A stretch of 64,000 nt of DNA from the human T2T-CHM13v2.0 reference genome, Homo sapiens. The notes beneath the pieces were generated by a model, which did not search any database, was not told the DNA's origin, and worked only from the letters and a program-made list of their open reading frames with translations. The translations under genes were made by a program, and so were the position numbers. This document shows, one piece after another, positions 1-16,190 of the stretch (its first letter is position 1; every line of letters starts with the position of its first letter). Location of the stretch: the NCBI RefSeq assembly GCF_009914755.1, contig NC_060930.1; one strand, given 5' to 3'.

Positions 1-1339
1 TTGGTCAGCAGATGGGCTGTGATTGGGTGCCTTCAAGGATGGCTGCCAAGTGCCCTTTCTCCTTACTGTTAACTAGCTGGGCCTAACCAAGTATCACAGA
101 AAACCAGTACATAGTTACAAGTACTGAGGCTGCTTATGGGAGAGAAAATATGGCATTAAAGAGGGACTTTACGTAAGTATTGCAAATATTGGGTATGTAG
201 AAGAAGAGTACTGTAAATCAATTCAAAGGTGTTTCAGGAGGGTTATGTGTCAGAACTTGCACAGGAAGAACGAGCCTGTGGTGGATGCAGGCTCGGGTGG
301 CGTTTGCTGGAGCTCACCAACTTTGGAGATGTCAGGCAGCACCGGGCCTGGGCATGAGCTGGGGTCAGGGAGTTCAGATGCAGAGTATGGCCAACAAAGC
401 TGATGTCCTGCCCCCATCTGGCTATCAGCAGCTGACCTTCACTGCTCCCGGACACACATTCTCACCCCTTTCCCTGCCCTCTCTTTCTTCTTCCTCTCAG
501 GCTTCTCACCTCTTCCTTATCAAGCTTCTTCATCAGGAGTGCACAAAAGGCCTGGTCCTGATGGAGGTGGGAGGCCAGGTGAAAACACACCCTGGCCAGG
601 TGCTTCTGGTGCACACTGAACTTTGAGCACCATGGCTCCGGCCTAAATGGCTGGACACCCCCTGACCCCCACCCCCGGCGTGCAGATTGGTGTCCACAGT
701 TATAATGGAGGCTGGTGCTGGGGATGGTGGGGCAGCTGCCTGGGGTAAGGTGGGTATTTGAAGGCCTGTGAGCATCAGGCCTGCTCTTTCAGGTCACGGG
801 GATAGAGATCAGGACCATCTTTGTGAAGCTGGTGGTCAGCGCAGTGGGGTGTCAGATCGGTCAGTGGGACAAACCAGACAAATTGCGGCTCTTCAAGGCT
901 GTAGATGGAGTGAAACCTCACATTCTGCTGGGAAGTGAGCATGTCCTGCCAGGCAAGACCTGGGCCAACAGAAAGTAGCCGCCAGACAGCTGTGGTCATG
1001 CGTTCTTTTACACCAATGAAGAGAGGGATTTCGAGTGACTGATAATTGCTAGATGTTGATGAAGATGAATAACGCTCTTCATCTGGCTATAGGCAACCTC
1101 ATATTTGAAAAGATTTTCAATGTAAAGGGTCCTTGGCAATAAGCCCTCTCTTTTGCTCACATTTGGTTCTTTGAAACATTTTTTTTTTTAGTGCCCCTGT
1201 ATGCAAGGCCTGGTGGTAAGCTCTGTGATACATTCACGGCTCCCATTCTGAAGGGGGTTACCCACTCAGGTAGTGAATCTAGTAAGTGAGGGATTTCATT
1301 TTTGTCAGGCCCACAAACACAACTAGTGTGCTTAATACA

Positions 1340-1495
1340 GCATATGTCAGGTATGGCACCGAACGCTTTACATGGTTATATTACAAAGTGCATATGCTGT
1401 GCACTATTTTACAGAAGAAACTGAAATTCAGAGAGGTCTAAGCCACATAGCCTGTAATAGATTCGATTCAGACTTTGACTTCAGAGCCTGTGACT
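1340..1495 (-). mobile_element. MIR fragment
   Basis: MIR core attttacagaagaaactgaaattcagagagg. Confidence 0.55.
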
Positions 1496-2519
1496 TCAAG
1501 CCCAATTCAGAAGCTACCAAGTTTAACTAGCATAGAATGGGTAAAACATCATATTGAATTTTAGATTATTTTCTTTGTAAAAAGAAGAGATTTTGATTCT
1601 ATACAACTTCAGAATATTTGCCAATTTGCAAAGCCAGTGGCACAAATCCGGAGAAATACTTGAATCCTGTCTGGTTTCTGAGGTCTACTGCAATCTGGAT
1701 GGTAATTGTTTCACCCAGGGGACCTGCCAAGTGGGTGACATATCATTAGTTGCCGCAGGTCTTCTGTTATCAGCCAGTTCTGAGTGCAATTCACCTGATT
1801 ACGTTGTACCAACAGCAGTTGAGGGAATGTGTCCAGCCAAGTTTGAAGTACATTCAGCGCTGGTGGATGCAAGCTCCATTACCCTTGGCAGTTGTGACTT
1901 CCTGTTTTCAAGATAAAAGACTTACACAGATTTATTAGAGAATTTCAGAAGGCTTTGGTGAGGCTATCACATACAGCCCAGAGAGAACACTTAAATAGTT
2001 TAATTGCAAATGAATTTGAACCATATGGCTAGTTTTCTTAATATGCACATCAGTTTAAAAGAGGATTACCAGATGATCTATCAAAGATGTTTGATGGTAT
2101 ATATAACCAGAGTATTAAAGAAAGGAAATTTTCAAAATACTTGAAAAAAATGGGGTTGGTTTTTCTAAACCCAAAGATGTGAAAGAGAGACAATTGTGTT
2201 TAGAGGGAGGACATTCTCACTTCACTCTGGTTATTACCGAGACAGCGAGCTCCATGTTGTCTAGGGAACAGTTCTTCCTGGGTGGTATTTGGTGACAGTC
2301 CTTCTCTTGTCCGTTTGCTACCTGCTGAGAATACTTTTTGTTATATGTAATGCCTACTGGGCAAAGCAGTCATGTGTTTATACCCTGAAGGGAGCCTGTT
2401 GGCTCAAATCCCTTGTTTCACATTCATTAGAAGAGGTTGGGAGGTTGGTGGGATGGCCCATGGGGTAAGGAGGAGCTTAAATGAAAGGGGCATCATGGAA
2501 AGGGGATGAAACTGGGAAT

Positions 2520-2670
2520 CAGAATGGCTGAACTCTGCCTGGCCCTAAACAGCTATGTGACTGTCTGTCAGCTACTACTTCCCCTCTGTGAGCCACAGTT
2601 TTCTCATGGGGGTGATGAATCTATCCTACTTACCTTGGAGCTGTTCTAAGGACAGCTAGATGAACTATGT
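2520..2670 (+). mobile_element. MIR fragment
   Basis: agctatgtgact...ctctgtgagccacagttttctcat resembles the MIR core. Confidence 0.5.
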
Positions 2671-4553
2671 GAGAGCTTGCTGCAGAGCGAAACATTCCAT
2701 AAAATAGGGGGATTGCAAGAACCAGCCTCAGCCCTGTCCCCAAAGCTGTTCAGTGGGCCTGGTCTCATTCTAGGTTGGACAGCAAGGCCAGAGCCTGGAA
2801 GGGGGAAGCGTGTGCAATGAGCAGAAAGCTGTTGTCCCTGCTGTTGGGGTGTGTGGCTCATGTTTAGTGAACCTGGCATGGTGCAGGACAGAGCCACCGG
2901 CAGACACTGCAGGCAACAAGCTTGTGCCATCTGTGACCAGGCTCCTTGTCCTTGGAACTTCACTCCTGACTCCTCAGGGACCCCGACCCTCAGGAAATTT
3001 CAAAGACCTTTTAAAAAATTTTTATTGCAGCTTATTACGGTTGAGTGTCAGGGATTGCCGAGTCAGAATTGGTTTGTCCTGGAACAGAGAACTGCCATCC
3101 TCCCCAGGGCCCAGCAGGGACACTGTGACCCCCAGTATCAGTTTCCATCCCCAGACACACGGCTGGGAAGGTCTCAGGACTGGAGCAGAGTTCAGGGCAG
3201 AGGATGCTGTCTCTGCTCAATGATTTATGTTCCAGCTGACTCACATAAGACCCGTGTGTGTGTTCTCAGTAGATCTGCTCATTTTACTGGACTATACTTT
3301 TGGACTAAAAACAAAAAAAAAAAACCTTTAAAACAATTACTACTTTGATTATTGGGGAAAGTATTTGTTGAACATACCATGGTGTTCTCTTAGTAGCCTA
3401 TAGGAATGGGGTGCCCAGTGACTGGTTGGGTAGCTCCAGCTAATCTACAAGTGGATATTCCTTTTGGTTAGATTCAGGACGTTGGAACCAGGTGTCTGCC
3501 ATTTCAGCATCTCCAAAGGCTATTGATTTATGTGTTCTTGAAGGGCATGCTAAATTGTGATATTAGATTTTGTTTTTATGTCTTAGTGTTGAAATGTTAG
3601 CCTAGCTGGGAATTTTCCAATCTAATAAAATTAGTCAGAATTGGTGATGGGGTTAATGTATATATGGAGGAAGAATGCTTGGGAACTAACTGCCTTACAC
3701 AATTAAAGAGGTGCTCCTTAGCCTAACTGGATCCCCAAATGAGGGCTTACAATGTGGTTAGTGGCATATTCTAAAAGAGGGCAAGGTGGTAGTCACATGA
3801 TCCATAACCCTTGTTTCCAAACATACCAGCTCTTATTTGATATACAAGCAAAATTTTAAACACTAAGTATTGATCACCAGAATACACTGCTTTGGGAAAG
3901 TTTATAGTGAGGGCATTTCTTGAGATTAACTGGCTTAGCAAGAGATTTCTCAAAACTGATTAATGTAGCAAGTAAAAAAAACAACAGACACAGAGGATAG
4001 CAGCGATGGTGTAGCATGGCCAGGCTTTGTCTGGAGGAGCAAGGCTTAGACATGGAAGAAAAATTAGGACCCAAAATAGAAATCAGTTAATGATTCATTG
4101 TAAAGGCAAGGAAAGCCCGTCTTTTCAACATTACAGTGAAAAAGCTTTCTGGAGGAGAGTTATAAATAGCACATAATGTCTCTCTGCTATATTTTTATAC
4201 TGACCTTTAGCTCTTTCCAGAGAATATATAGTTTTGGCCTAAAGGGGACAAAAGGAAATAGATAAAAAGGGACACTGTAAAACATCCAAGATTTCTGGCG
4301 GGCAGTCTCACAACATGGAATGTTTTATTTTAATTTCTTGAGACCTTTTGGTATGAAATGTGGGGAGGAATATGTGGTTAGAGTATTGATACCCTTGGGG
4401 GAAAAATGTCCTTACTAGAATTAGTTACCAAGAAATGCATGTTTGAAGCTCAGCAGCTAATTGTTGAGGCTCAGGGTCTGAAGACCTCATGTGCATGATG
4501 GCAAACTCTAAGTGGTCTACGGTCTAACCACTTTTGTGTCCTGCCCTCTTTAA

Positions 4554-4835
<282 letters not shown>

Positions 4836-5177
4836 TGACAGAGCATTATATTTTAGTTGTAATGTCCACTTGCCAGATGTTACAATGATTTGAATCTCTA
4901 CTGTTTCTTCCATGTCCATCCTGGACGCCATCATTTTAACCTTCTGTTAGTGGCAGCCCCAGGCTGCCTTCCTAGTGCCTGTCAGTTGCTTCCTGATCCG
5001 ACAGCACAGACTCCTTGAGTCAGGCCATTTTCCTGGACTTGAGAGTAGGGCCAATCTTGTCATCTTGGCTGTTTTTGTCATTTTGTTCTTTGAAGCTTTG
5101 TCTTAGAATCCTAGGACACTGGGCCTTGGGTCCCATTAAGATGAGACATGGTAGCCGAGTGAAACTGCAAGTCAGGC

Positions 5178-5925
<748 letters not shown>

Positions 5926-6515
5926 CAGGCCATCCTCCCTTTTGTCCAGCCCCTTATTGGGCAAAGGAAGCACTGGCCAGGGAATGCTGATGGGAACCTT
6001 TGCTGTGACTGGAAGAGATTATGTGCTCCTTCTGGCCTGGAGGGAGTTCTGATCTTTGCAGGCCATATTCATCCATAAGCCTGGATAGCGGACATAGGCT
6101 TGGCTCTCTGAGGGGCACGACTTGTCGACTTATCCCTCGGGCCTGATGCTTCCTGCTTGTGGAGATAGTGCCAAGAGCCGTCTCACCCCTGCTCCCTGCT
6201 TCTCTCATTGGTGAGTTGGAAGGAGCATGGGGTAAGCATAACTGGGCCCTTTCATCTCTGCCCCTCGTGGGGAAACCGGGCCACAGAGAGCACACGCAAG
6301 GCCCAGGGCTGCTTGAGCAGAGAGCCTAATTCTGGGTTCCGTGTAAAGTACACTTGCCCTATGTTCTCCAGCTTGCTTCTTACTTACTGTCATGTAAGGG
6401 GGCTTTCAGCCCCCACAAATGACTGTTCTGGCATTTCCTAATCAGTTCAGTACTCAAGCAAGGAAAAGAATGTGATTGATTGGGCCTTCTAGAAGACTCC
6501 AGTAAGATCCAGGCT

Positions 6516-6595
6516 CTCTTCCCTTACCTGGAGGGGCCTCTTCCCTTATCTGGAGGGGCCTCTTCCCTTACCTGGTCTCTTCCCTTGCCTGTAGG
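6516..6595. repeat. Degenerate ~22-bp tandem repeat (ctcttcccttacctggaggggc), ~3.5 copies
   Basis: ctcttccctt occurs four times. Confidence 0.8.
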
Positions 6596-7014
6596 CAGGG
6601 TCTCAGCTTCCTGCCCCGTGGTGTGGAGGCTGGAGGTGGGAGCGGTGGGGAAGGTGCGTGTGCTATGTGGGGATGCGCTGCTGAGAAGGCAGCCTGGCAC
6701 CCATTGCGTGGCACCTACTTAGTCTTAAAAGGTAAAATCCTTCAGACAAGGAGGGGGATGGGCAGTGTGACTGAGATGGATGAGACCAGACAAGGGCGTG
6801 GTAAAGGAGGAGAGGGGAGAGTTGCCTAGGAGGAGAGATGCCGGCCTGCACAGAGAGAAACAGGGGCTCAGGAGACAGCCAAGGCTGGCGCGGAAACAGA
6901 GCACTTGCTTGGACGGAAGCCCGGCGAGCCCACACTCCTAGGCGCTCTGAGAGCTCCTAACTCTGAGGAAGGCACAGCCATGCATTTCGGAGCCTGGATA
7001 AGCAGCTCTGTGCT

Positions 7015-7642
7015 CTTCAGTACCTCCGAGGCCAGCCCCCGGGTCCAGGTAAGCTGACTCTACTTTGTGTGATGCGGGCCAAATTCTACCCCGCATATCA
7101 GCAGTTTGGATTTGATCTGGTGGAGACATTGGGTGGATGGTCACATCAGATCCCTCCCCTGATACAGCCTAGGACGTCCCTTTTCTGTTTGTTGCTGTTC
7201 AGCCACCTGCTGAAGACTGTCTTGGAGGAGCTCTGCTGCCTGGTGGGTGTTCCAGGCACGGGCTGGCCGCATGGCATTTTGTGTGTTTACATGGTCTCCA
7301 CATGGTGGCGTAGGCAGCCGAGAGAGCCAGGCGCAGCGTCAAAGCCAGCCCAGCGTATGGACTCCAGCTATTCAAGCAAAAAGGAGACCAGCCACCCCTC
7401 TGTTGCAGCGGCATGTGAAATGTCAAGGGAATGCAGGAAGCAAAAGTAGAAACTCTAGAGTGATGTGCTTTGCCAAGCATGACTTTAGAATTAGCAGCAA
7501 GACCTTGAATTAGAGACTCAACCCCCTGAAGCCACAGAGTAATTTGTATACCCTTCAGTCATTCCTTCCTGAGCCACCCCTACACAGGTGAGCTGACCGT
7601 ACTTTGGTGATGCGGGCCAAATTCTGCCCGGCATATCAGCAG
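7015..7642 (+). repeat. Dispersed direct duplication of a ~59-bp element (7046-7104 and 7585-7642)
   Basis: 53/59 identical by hand alignment; both copies start CAGGT[A/G]AGC. Confidence 0.9.
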
Positions 7643-8655
7643 GGAAATAGAGTCCCTGGTTTTGCATCTCCGCTGTTGCAGGGGAGCTTTGTTTCAACGG
7701 ACAGCTTGCTTTGTTCTGAGCCTTCCGGGAACGGCACACACTAAAGTGGCACTTAGCATCAACAAGTGTTTCAACTGGCTGGATCTGTTGTTGTTGTTGT
7801 TTTTATTTCTTCAGTGGTGAACTGCTGGCTCACCGGAACATAGTGGAAGGATGTTTTTTGTTGCCTGAACGTGAGCAAATATTGGACCTGAGATCGGGGT
7901 GGGCTCCGGTCCCCACCTGGGTGGACCGGACAGCCTCTTGGGCTTCTGGTAAAATGAGTTAGCTCTTAAATTTTCACACATATAAAGCACTAGACTTGCT
8001 ACCGTGAATGATGTAAGAGATCACCGTGAGGAGGAGGGCTCCTGGAAGCTTGCCCCGTTGCGGGGAAAAGCGGGTGCAGGATGGGGCTGAAGTGGATTCT
8101 CCTCGCAGTGTTGGAATGGACCTGCCGTGTCATGGGAAGCCTGTCTACCCACTTATCCTGCATGGGATTTTCAAGCCGTTTATACCAGAGAGGCCACAGA
8201 ACCCTTGGTACTACAGAGTGGTCGCATGTTAAGGAAGCTTGAGGGGTGGGCCTTATGTCCTGCAGTGGAGCGCCACTCTCCGAGCCACTCTCTGTCACTA
8301 AACACGTCTTACTGGGCATCTCATGCATCAGACGCGATCCCAGGGAGGCACCAGTGTTGAATTGACTGTCAAAGGAGGCCCCACAGAGAAGGTGGCATTT
8401 GGGCAAAGACTTGCAGCCGGAGGGGCTGTGGAACTGTCAGGGGAGAGGAGGCTGCAGGACGGGGAGCTGAGAGGGAGCAAGGGACTTCCTTCTACAAGTC
8501 ACCAAGGAGCTGTGGGAGTGGGGGAGGACATTTGTGCCACGTCCATTACACACTTGAGGTCGGAAAGTGGGCAAATGTGGTGGCACTGACTGGGGGTTCC
8601 TGGGGTCACTGGGCTGATGATGTGGGGGCCATTTTGGGAATTTCAGTTTTCCCTC

Positions 8656-9245
<590 letters not shown>

Positions 9246-10318
9246 TGTCATTGTGTTTACTGCAGAATAAAACTTTTTCTTAATGACAAACTTGGGCCGA
9301 GTTTAGTTTCAAGAGTGCAGCAAATCAAGAAATCTGGGCATTAAAAAAAAATCTCAGAACTTTAAGAAATACATTGAAGGCATATACAAATTTCAGTTGT
9401 GGGAAATTATTCGTTTCTTGAGAAATGATGGGACACTGCTTTCCATTAGTTACTTACAATGTGTCCCTGGACTGTGAGATCGAATGGCCATTTTTGTTTG
9501 TTTGTTTGTTTACTTCTGGCGAGATTCCATTGTCAATAGCACCGAGTAATGAACAGATCTGAAGTGACTCCTCCATATAGAAGCTTAGTTTGATGTTCTG
9601 TGCATTCAAGTGTTACAAACTATTCCCTCCCTTTTATAAAACATTTTAAAATCTTCTGGTAGAATAAGAGGTGAGTGCCGAGTGCCTCCGTATAAATAAT
9701 TTACTCATTTATGGCTAGAGTATCACCCGCTTTCTCTCTGTAGAGAGCAGGCTGTCAAATATTATCCTCTTCCTTTGAAACCTCTGATTCTTCTACAGCA
9801 GCTCACTGTCCATAAACAGTCCCTCTGTGTGAGAATTTTGAACACAAGTCTTCTTTCACGTTTAGCACAACATGCTTGTAAAGACAAAAGAGGGATTTCC
9901 TGCTGCCATCTGAACATGTGCAGTGCCTGAAGGAGAGTGCGTGCTCTCAGCTCCCCTTAGGATCTTAGTGTCACTTCCGTTAACTTACTTAGGTCCTACC
10001 TGATATTATAACTATTGGCACTAGAAATAGGCCAGATTGCCTCATTTTTATTCTTGAAAAGATTAAAGCTGCAACAGGAGCCTTGGTCAGAGAGTCTGGA
10101 GTGAGGCATTAGCAATTTTGGATTCAGGATAGATTGTAAGTTATTAAGTGTGTGACCCTGGGCAAGTCACTCAATTGTTAGGGCTTTATGTTCTTATTTG
10201 TAAGATAAGAAGGTCAAATAAAAAATAAAAAAGGTTTTACCTGGGTCTCAGACTTTATGATTCCATAGTAATTGAGAGGACAAGTTTTGTTCCATCATTG
10301 CATTTTTTTCTTCAAATG

Positions 10319-10541
10319 CAATGGCCCCTGGTATACACTGGATTGGTTCCAGCATTCCCTGAGTATACCCAAATCCGTGCAGACTCAAGACCCTGCAGAA
10401 TCCACGTACAGTAAAGGCTGGCCCTCCCTGTTCACGGGCTTGGCACCTCTGGAATACAATCCTATCTGCATCTGGTTGAAAAGAATCCACGTATAACGTG
10501 GATCTGCACAGTTCAAACCTGTGTTGTTCAAGGACCAGCTG
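10319..10541. mobile_element. MER8-like Tigger MITE
   Basis: gattggttccag...cagttcaaacctgtgttgttcaagg. Confidence 0.75.
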
Positions 10542-11164
10542 TTCAATTTTCAAGTTCAGGCTAAGTTGCATGCTAGTGGGACTCTCGGAGGGTGCGGGCA
10601 AGAACTGACTGAAAGAACCATCCAGAAATAAGGGGTACATTTAAAGTCTTCCATGTGCTGTTAGCAAATCTTCAGAGACTCTGTTTTGAGGATTTTAGTT
10701 TTGAAAGGCACAGCATTCCACAGGGAAAGAAAGACCTGGGCTACTCATGTTGCACATTGGCTATTCTTTTCTTTTCTTCTTTCTTTCTGGTGACAGATTA
10801 AAAACAGAGTAACCTCCTCTTCTCAATTTTGGAAGTAGAAAGAAATTGGGGGAATTATGTGGGTAAACGTGTTATTCTTTTCTTTTTTAAAGCATTTATC
10901 TCTTTTTGATGATTTTGTTTTTGCTTATCTCTTTTTGATGCTGATGAGGTAGAAACCTATTTTTCAGGAATTACTGGTAAAAAATCAGTTCCCTATTTTC
11001 TAACATAATAGTGTTCTTTTTGAGTTTAATTCCTGCAGTTCTTGGGCTCGCCCTTCATAGTCCTCAAGAAGTGGGAATGCCCCCAGAAAGAGGAAATGGA
11101 AAAAGGGGAAGGGGAGGAGGAATGCAGAACCCCCGCTCCAGCCCCAGGGGATGTGTGTTCCTGA

Positions 11165-11338
<174 letters not shown>

Positions 11339-12596
11339 TAGTCTGGTATGAATGCTATGTTGTTTCCAAATGATGCTGGCTGAATGATGAATTACATGAA
11401 TTTTATTGAGGCTAAAAGAAATAACAGGGCAAATGTGATCACATTTTGGGTGTAAGCGTGCTGCTTTTATATGCAAAGGCTAGAGTGCTCTTGTGATGGA
11501 ATACATTTCACTGTTTATTTTGAGCCACTTCACTGTGCAGTAGATTTGCTGCGATAGGAGCAGCCAAGCGTTCATTCCAGTAAAGGTGCAGTGTGACCCA
11601 AGCCTAAATTGCCCTGGGTGATGCACTGAACGACGTGAGAGAGAAGGAAGAGCAGGCGGGAGGTGGTGCATGCAAGATAAGTACACACATGTTATTTCAG
11701 CTATATTTGCATTAAAATGGCATTGAGAATCCTCAGAAAAAGCATCATAGTGGTTTGCTGAGAGCCTGATCATTGTCCACACGGTTACATTTCCCACGTC
11801 CCTTCACAGGCATTTTCTATATTCCTGATACATTAACAAATGACAGGTACCTTTTCTGGACCACATACCTTAATTTAAAGAGGCAATCTACAACATAATT
11901 ATTTTCATGAGTTCACAACATAAAATGAAAGTTATACTTTTTTACATTGTATGAAGTTCCACAAATACAATGTTTCTCTCTTATTATTGATGAATTGCTG
12001 CCATAGGATGAGTCCCTATATCACTTTTCTAGCAGGCTAAATATTTTCACCTTCCCCTGCTGGTGGTAAAATCCACATCCTTTTGAAACACGGTCCCTGA
12101 AAAGTGAAAAGAAAAAACGAAACAAAAAACTAAAACAAACAAAAAACCCAAGAGACTACAGAGTAATATTGAAGACATCTTGTGAGTCTTTTGAACTAAG
12201 ACTATAAGCTTTGTGACTGTGATATGTTCTATTGATAACAAAGATAAATCTCTGTAAGAAATTGGCAAACTGAATTCTAGTTCATATCTGAACATGTTTT
12301 AATCTGTCTTGGACTCACACCTTCTAAAATGTGAGGACATCAAACCCAATGTGAATCTTGCAGTTGTTTGAACCAGAATTTTCATTTCATGCCATGATCA
12401 TCAAGGAAATGTGAGTTGAGCTTTCCTTCTCCTAAACTTTTCTTCCCATGAAAATGTTATTATTTTCCAGAAGCTTACAGTGTATATTGAGAAAGCACTG
12501 AGTTACTTGGACCATCTTTCACCTAGGCAAAGCATCCCCTTTGTACTGTTTTATATGTCGATTGGGTTGAGCAGCTTTTAAAGTGAAATACTCATT

Positions 12597-12886
12597 TTTT
12601 TTTGAGGTGGAGTTTTCGCTCTGTTGCCCAGGCTGGAGCGCGGTGGCATGATCTCGACTCACTGCAAGCTCCACCTCCTGGATTCACACCATTCTCCTGC
12701 CTCAGCCTCCCAAGTATTTGGGACTACAGGCACCCGCCACCACACCCGGCTAATTTTTTATATTTTTTAGTAGAGACGGGGTTTCACTGTGTTAGCCAGG
12801 ATGGTCTTGATCTCCTGACCTCGTGATCCGCCCGCCTCGGCCTCCCAAAGTGCTGGGATTACAGGCGTGAACCACCGCACCTGGCC
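12597..12886 (-). mobile_element. AluY-like
   Basis: Y-type tgcaagctcc and gttagccaggatggtc; TSD gaaatactcatt / gaaatgctcatt. Confidence 0.9.
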
Positions 12887-13018
12887 GAAATGCTCATTTC
12901 TTAGCCTGTATTTAAGAAATGCAAGACTGAGATTTTTGTTTTTCTACACTGACCAATCCAATAATTGTTTACCTTTCTATCAATTTCATTTTGTCTACAT
13001 TACACACAAGCAATCTAA

Positions 13019-13267
<249 letters not shown>

Positions 13268-14756
13268 TGAGAGATGGGGTTTTTCTGGCCCTGAAAAGAC
13301 ATGTATTTAATGATTTTATTTTCTGACTTACATGAATGCTGGTCTCTTTTGTAGCTGAATAGCTGAATGGTAAATATTCTATGACAATTTAGTTAATCCC
13401 AAGTGTGCTCACACATTTCCCACAAATCAGATGTTAGCAGGGCCTTGTGTGTAGTGCACACAGCAGGAATTCACATCTCACTTGCTCAGTGATTTATCTT
13501 GTGTCTGGAAATTTCCTAGATTCCATTTCTTTCTTTGCCTGTGTTTGTGTTTTGCTTTCTCTCATTGATGTTCTGTTCATGCACAGGGTCCACTTTGGGA
13601 GGAGTCTCACCATTCCTCCTGTGATCCAGGAAGAGTCACTGTTAGATGGACTTTATGTAGAGTGGTGGACAATGTCTAATGCCTTACACTTCGTAGTTCC
13701 TCATTAGACTTTGCTGAACACTGACTTGCTTCATGTCTGGCTCATTTATACATAACAAAATGCACCTTATCTTCTCTTAAACCATGATGTTATGCTATTC
13801 TGCCTTTTATATTCATTTGCAACAGCAATAAAAGGCAAACCAATCATAAGGTTAAAATATTTTTATGTTAAAAGTCCACTAGTGAACATCATTTCTAGTT
13901 AGTGGTAGATTAGTATAGCCATGAAAATTTTATTTCTACGACTGAATACATTAAGTAACCAAGAGAAAGCCACAGATGTGGTGGTCTGGTTATTATATAT
14001 TAACTTTTCAACCTCTCTGCAACCAAGAAAGGGGAATATAGTTTAAAACGAATGGGATATGATGACATTATATATATACATATATAAATGATTATTCATG
14101 TTAGATATATAGTTTCCTTCCCTGTCTGCTAGTAAAAAAGATAGCTGCTTTTTTTTGAAAGACCTCAGAAGATTCGTAGCAATTCTCTCCCTAGCCATAT
14201 GGTCTTCTTCAACATGAAGTGTTCCTTTTACCATTGGACTTTGATTTCCAACATCTTGCTGAAACCAGAGAAGGCTTGAGTTTTCTTAGCAGAACTGTTG
14301 TGTTAATTGGTGTGCTGTGTCTTCAACTGAAATCTTCTCTTGACATATTCAGTATAACAAATAGCACATTTTTTAATGTATCAAATGCTTTCTACTGCAA
14401 AGAGGCCACAAAGACAATTTCTTTGAAAGGGAATCTAATAAATGGCGTTTGCAGCTCTTAGAGTGTTGAGGGTGTCCACTGTCAGGGGTTGCTGAACTGT
14501 CCATATTTGGTCATACTGTATTTCTCCCCCGATAACCATGCACCACAGTTCCTTTTATAGGTGCCTCTGTCCTGCTCTGTTTGTTTCACATTTTCACTCC
14601 TTTTCACTGTAGTAAGTCTACTCAAAACCACATGTTCCCGTTCCTCCTGAACCTATGGAAAACATGCCTGATTTGGGATGAAATGAGTCTTTTTTGTCTT
14701 TCTTTTCTGGAGAGCTGAGATAACCTTGGGCCAGGTCCCTACTAGTGCCTTGAGTA

Positions 14757-14812
14757 GACACAAATACAGACACACACACACACACACACACACTCACACA
14801 CACACAAACACA
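14757..14812. repeat. Imperfect (CA)n microsatellite
   Basis: Directly visible. Confidence 0.9.
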
Positions 14813-15050
14813 TATCCCTGATAAAGTAGTTGCCTCATAAAAGCTGTCTCCCTTCTCTCTCTTCCCTTTGTAATCTCTGCTTGTTCTTTTGAACGGTAAG
14901 ATTTTTTGGTCTTGAAAAGACACTAAGCTCTGTTTTTTTCTCCCACTTTAGACAACTTTGCTTGGAACTTTGAGCCAATAACATAGTCAAAAGTTTAGAT
15001 TTTTCTCCTCATTGATTTTCTTACTTACCTCCCAAAGTCATCACTTATGA

Positions 15051-15374
<324 letters not shown>

Positions 15375-16037
15375 TAAAGACAATGTAAGATGCCAATAGT
15401 GACAAAGGCCAGCATGGGCATTTTTGAAAGTCATGTTAATCCTAAATTTTGGTAGAGTTTCTATGCGTACATGCAAAGAAGTTAAGGAACTGTTTTTTGG
15501 GTCCATGTTTTACCGTTTGTTGGCCTTTTCCACTAGCATGTTGTTCATGTTGTTCTGACATGTGGAGCACATTAAATCCCAGTGTGTAGCATGCATCAGT
15601 CACCATTGTGTGCGTGAATGCCCCCAGGTGATGGATGGCTCTTGCATGTAGGAGAGCCTCTGCTTTCCTGAGGCTGAGGTTGCATTTGATTCTGGGAAAA
15701 ATTTTGGTCTGTATCCAAGGCTACCATTCTTTTCTCTTAAACTATGTCTTTCAAAGTTTCATTAAGAAGAAGTTGGAACTGGATCTTAATCTTCTTTGTA
15801 TATTTCAATATTTGGCAATGAAAGAAATTCTGAATTACTAAGACCATTTCCCTAGATAGGTCTAAACTCACTAAATGAACTGTTGTAGTGACATAAATCA
15901 CTATATTACACAAAGAACCAGTGTGGAATTTTCTGTCAGGTATAATAAAAATTAACACAGTAGGTCTTCAATTTAAAAAAATGTGTACCTAGAGACCATG
16001 TGCTATTTACATCTAGAATGTCCGGTAAGGCATTTAA

Positions 16038-16190
<153 letters not shown>

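Noticed and set aside
243-1000. GC-richer stretch with several short ORFs, possibly a decayed retrocopy
   Set aside because: No protein family recognised in any frame and no polyA tail or TSD seen; tBLASTx/Dfam would be needed
1593-1938. 107-aa ORF and adjacent ETS/GATA-like motifs
   Set aside because: No recognisable homology, not part of the FNDC1 frame, and such short motifs are expected by chance
7046-7642. CRISPR-like or snoRNA/tRNA reading of the duplicated palindromic element
   Set aside because: Only two copies 539 bp apart in a human intron; no cloverleaf or convincing C/D or H/ACA layout
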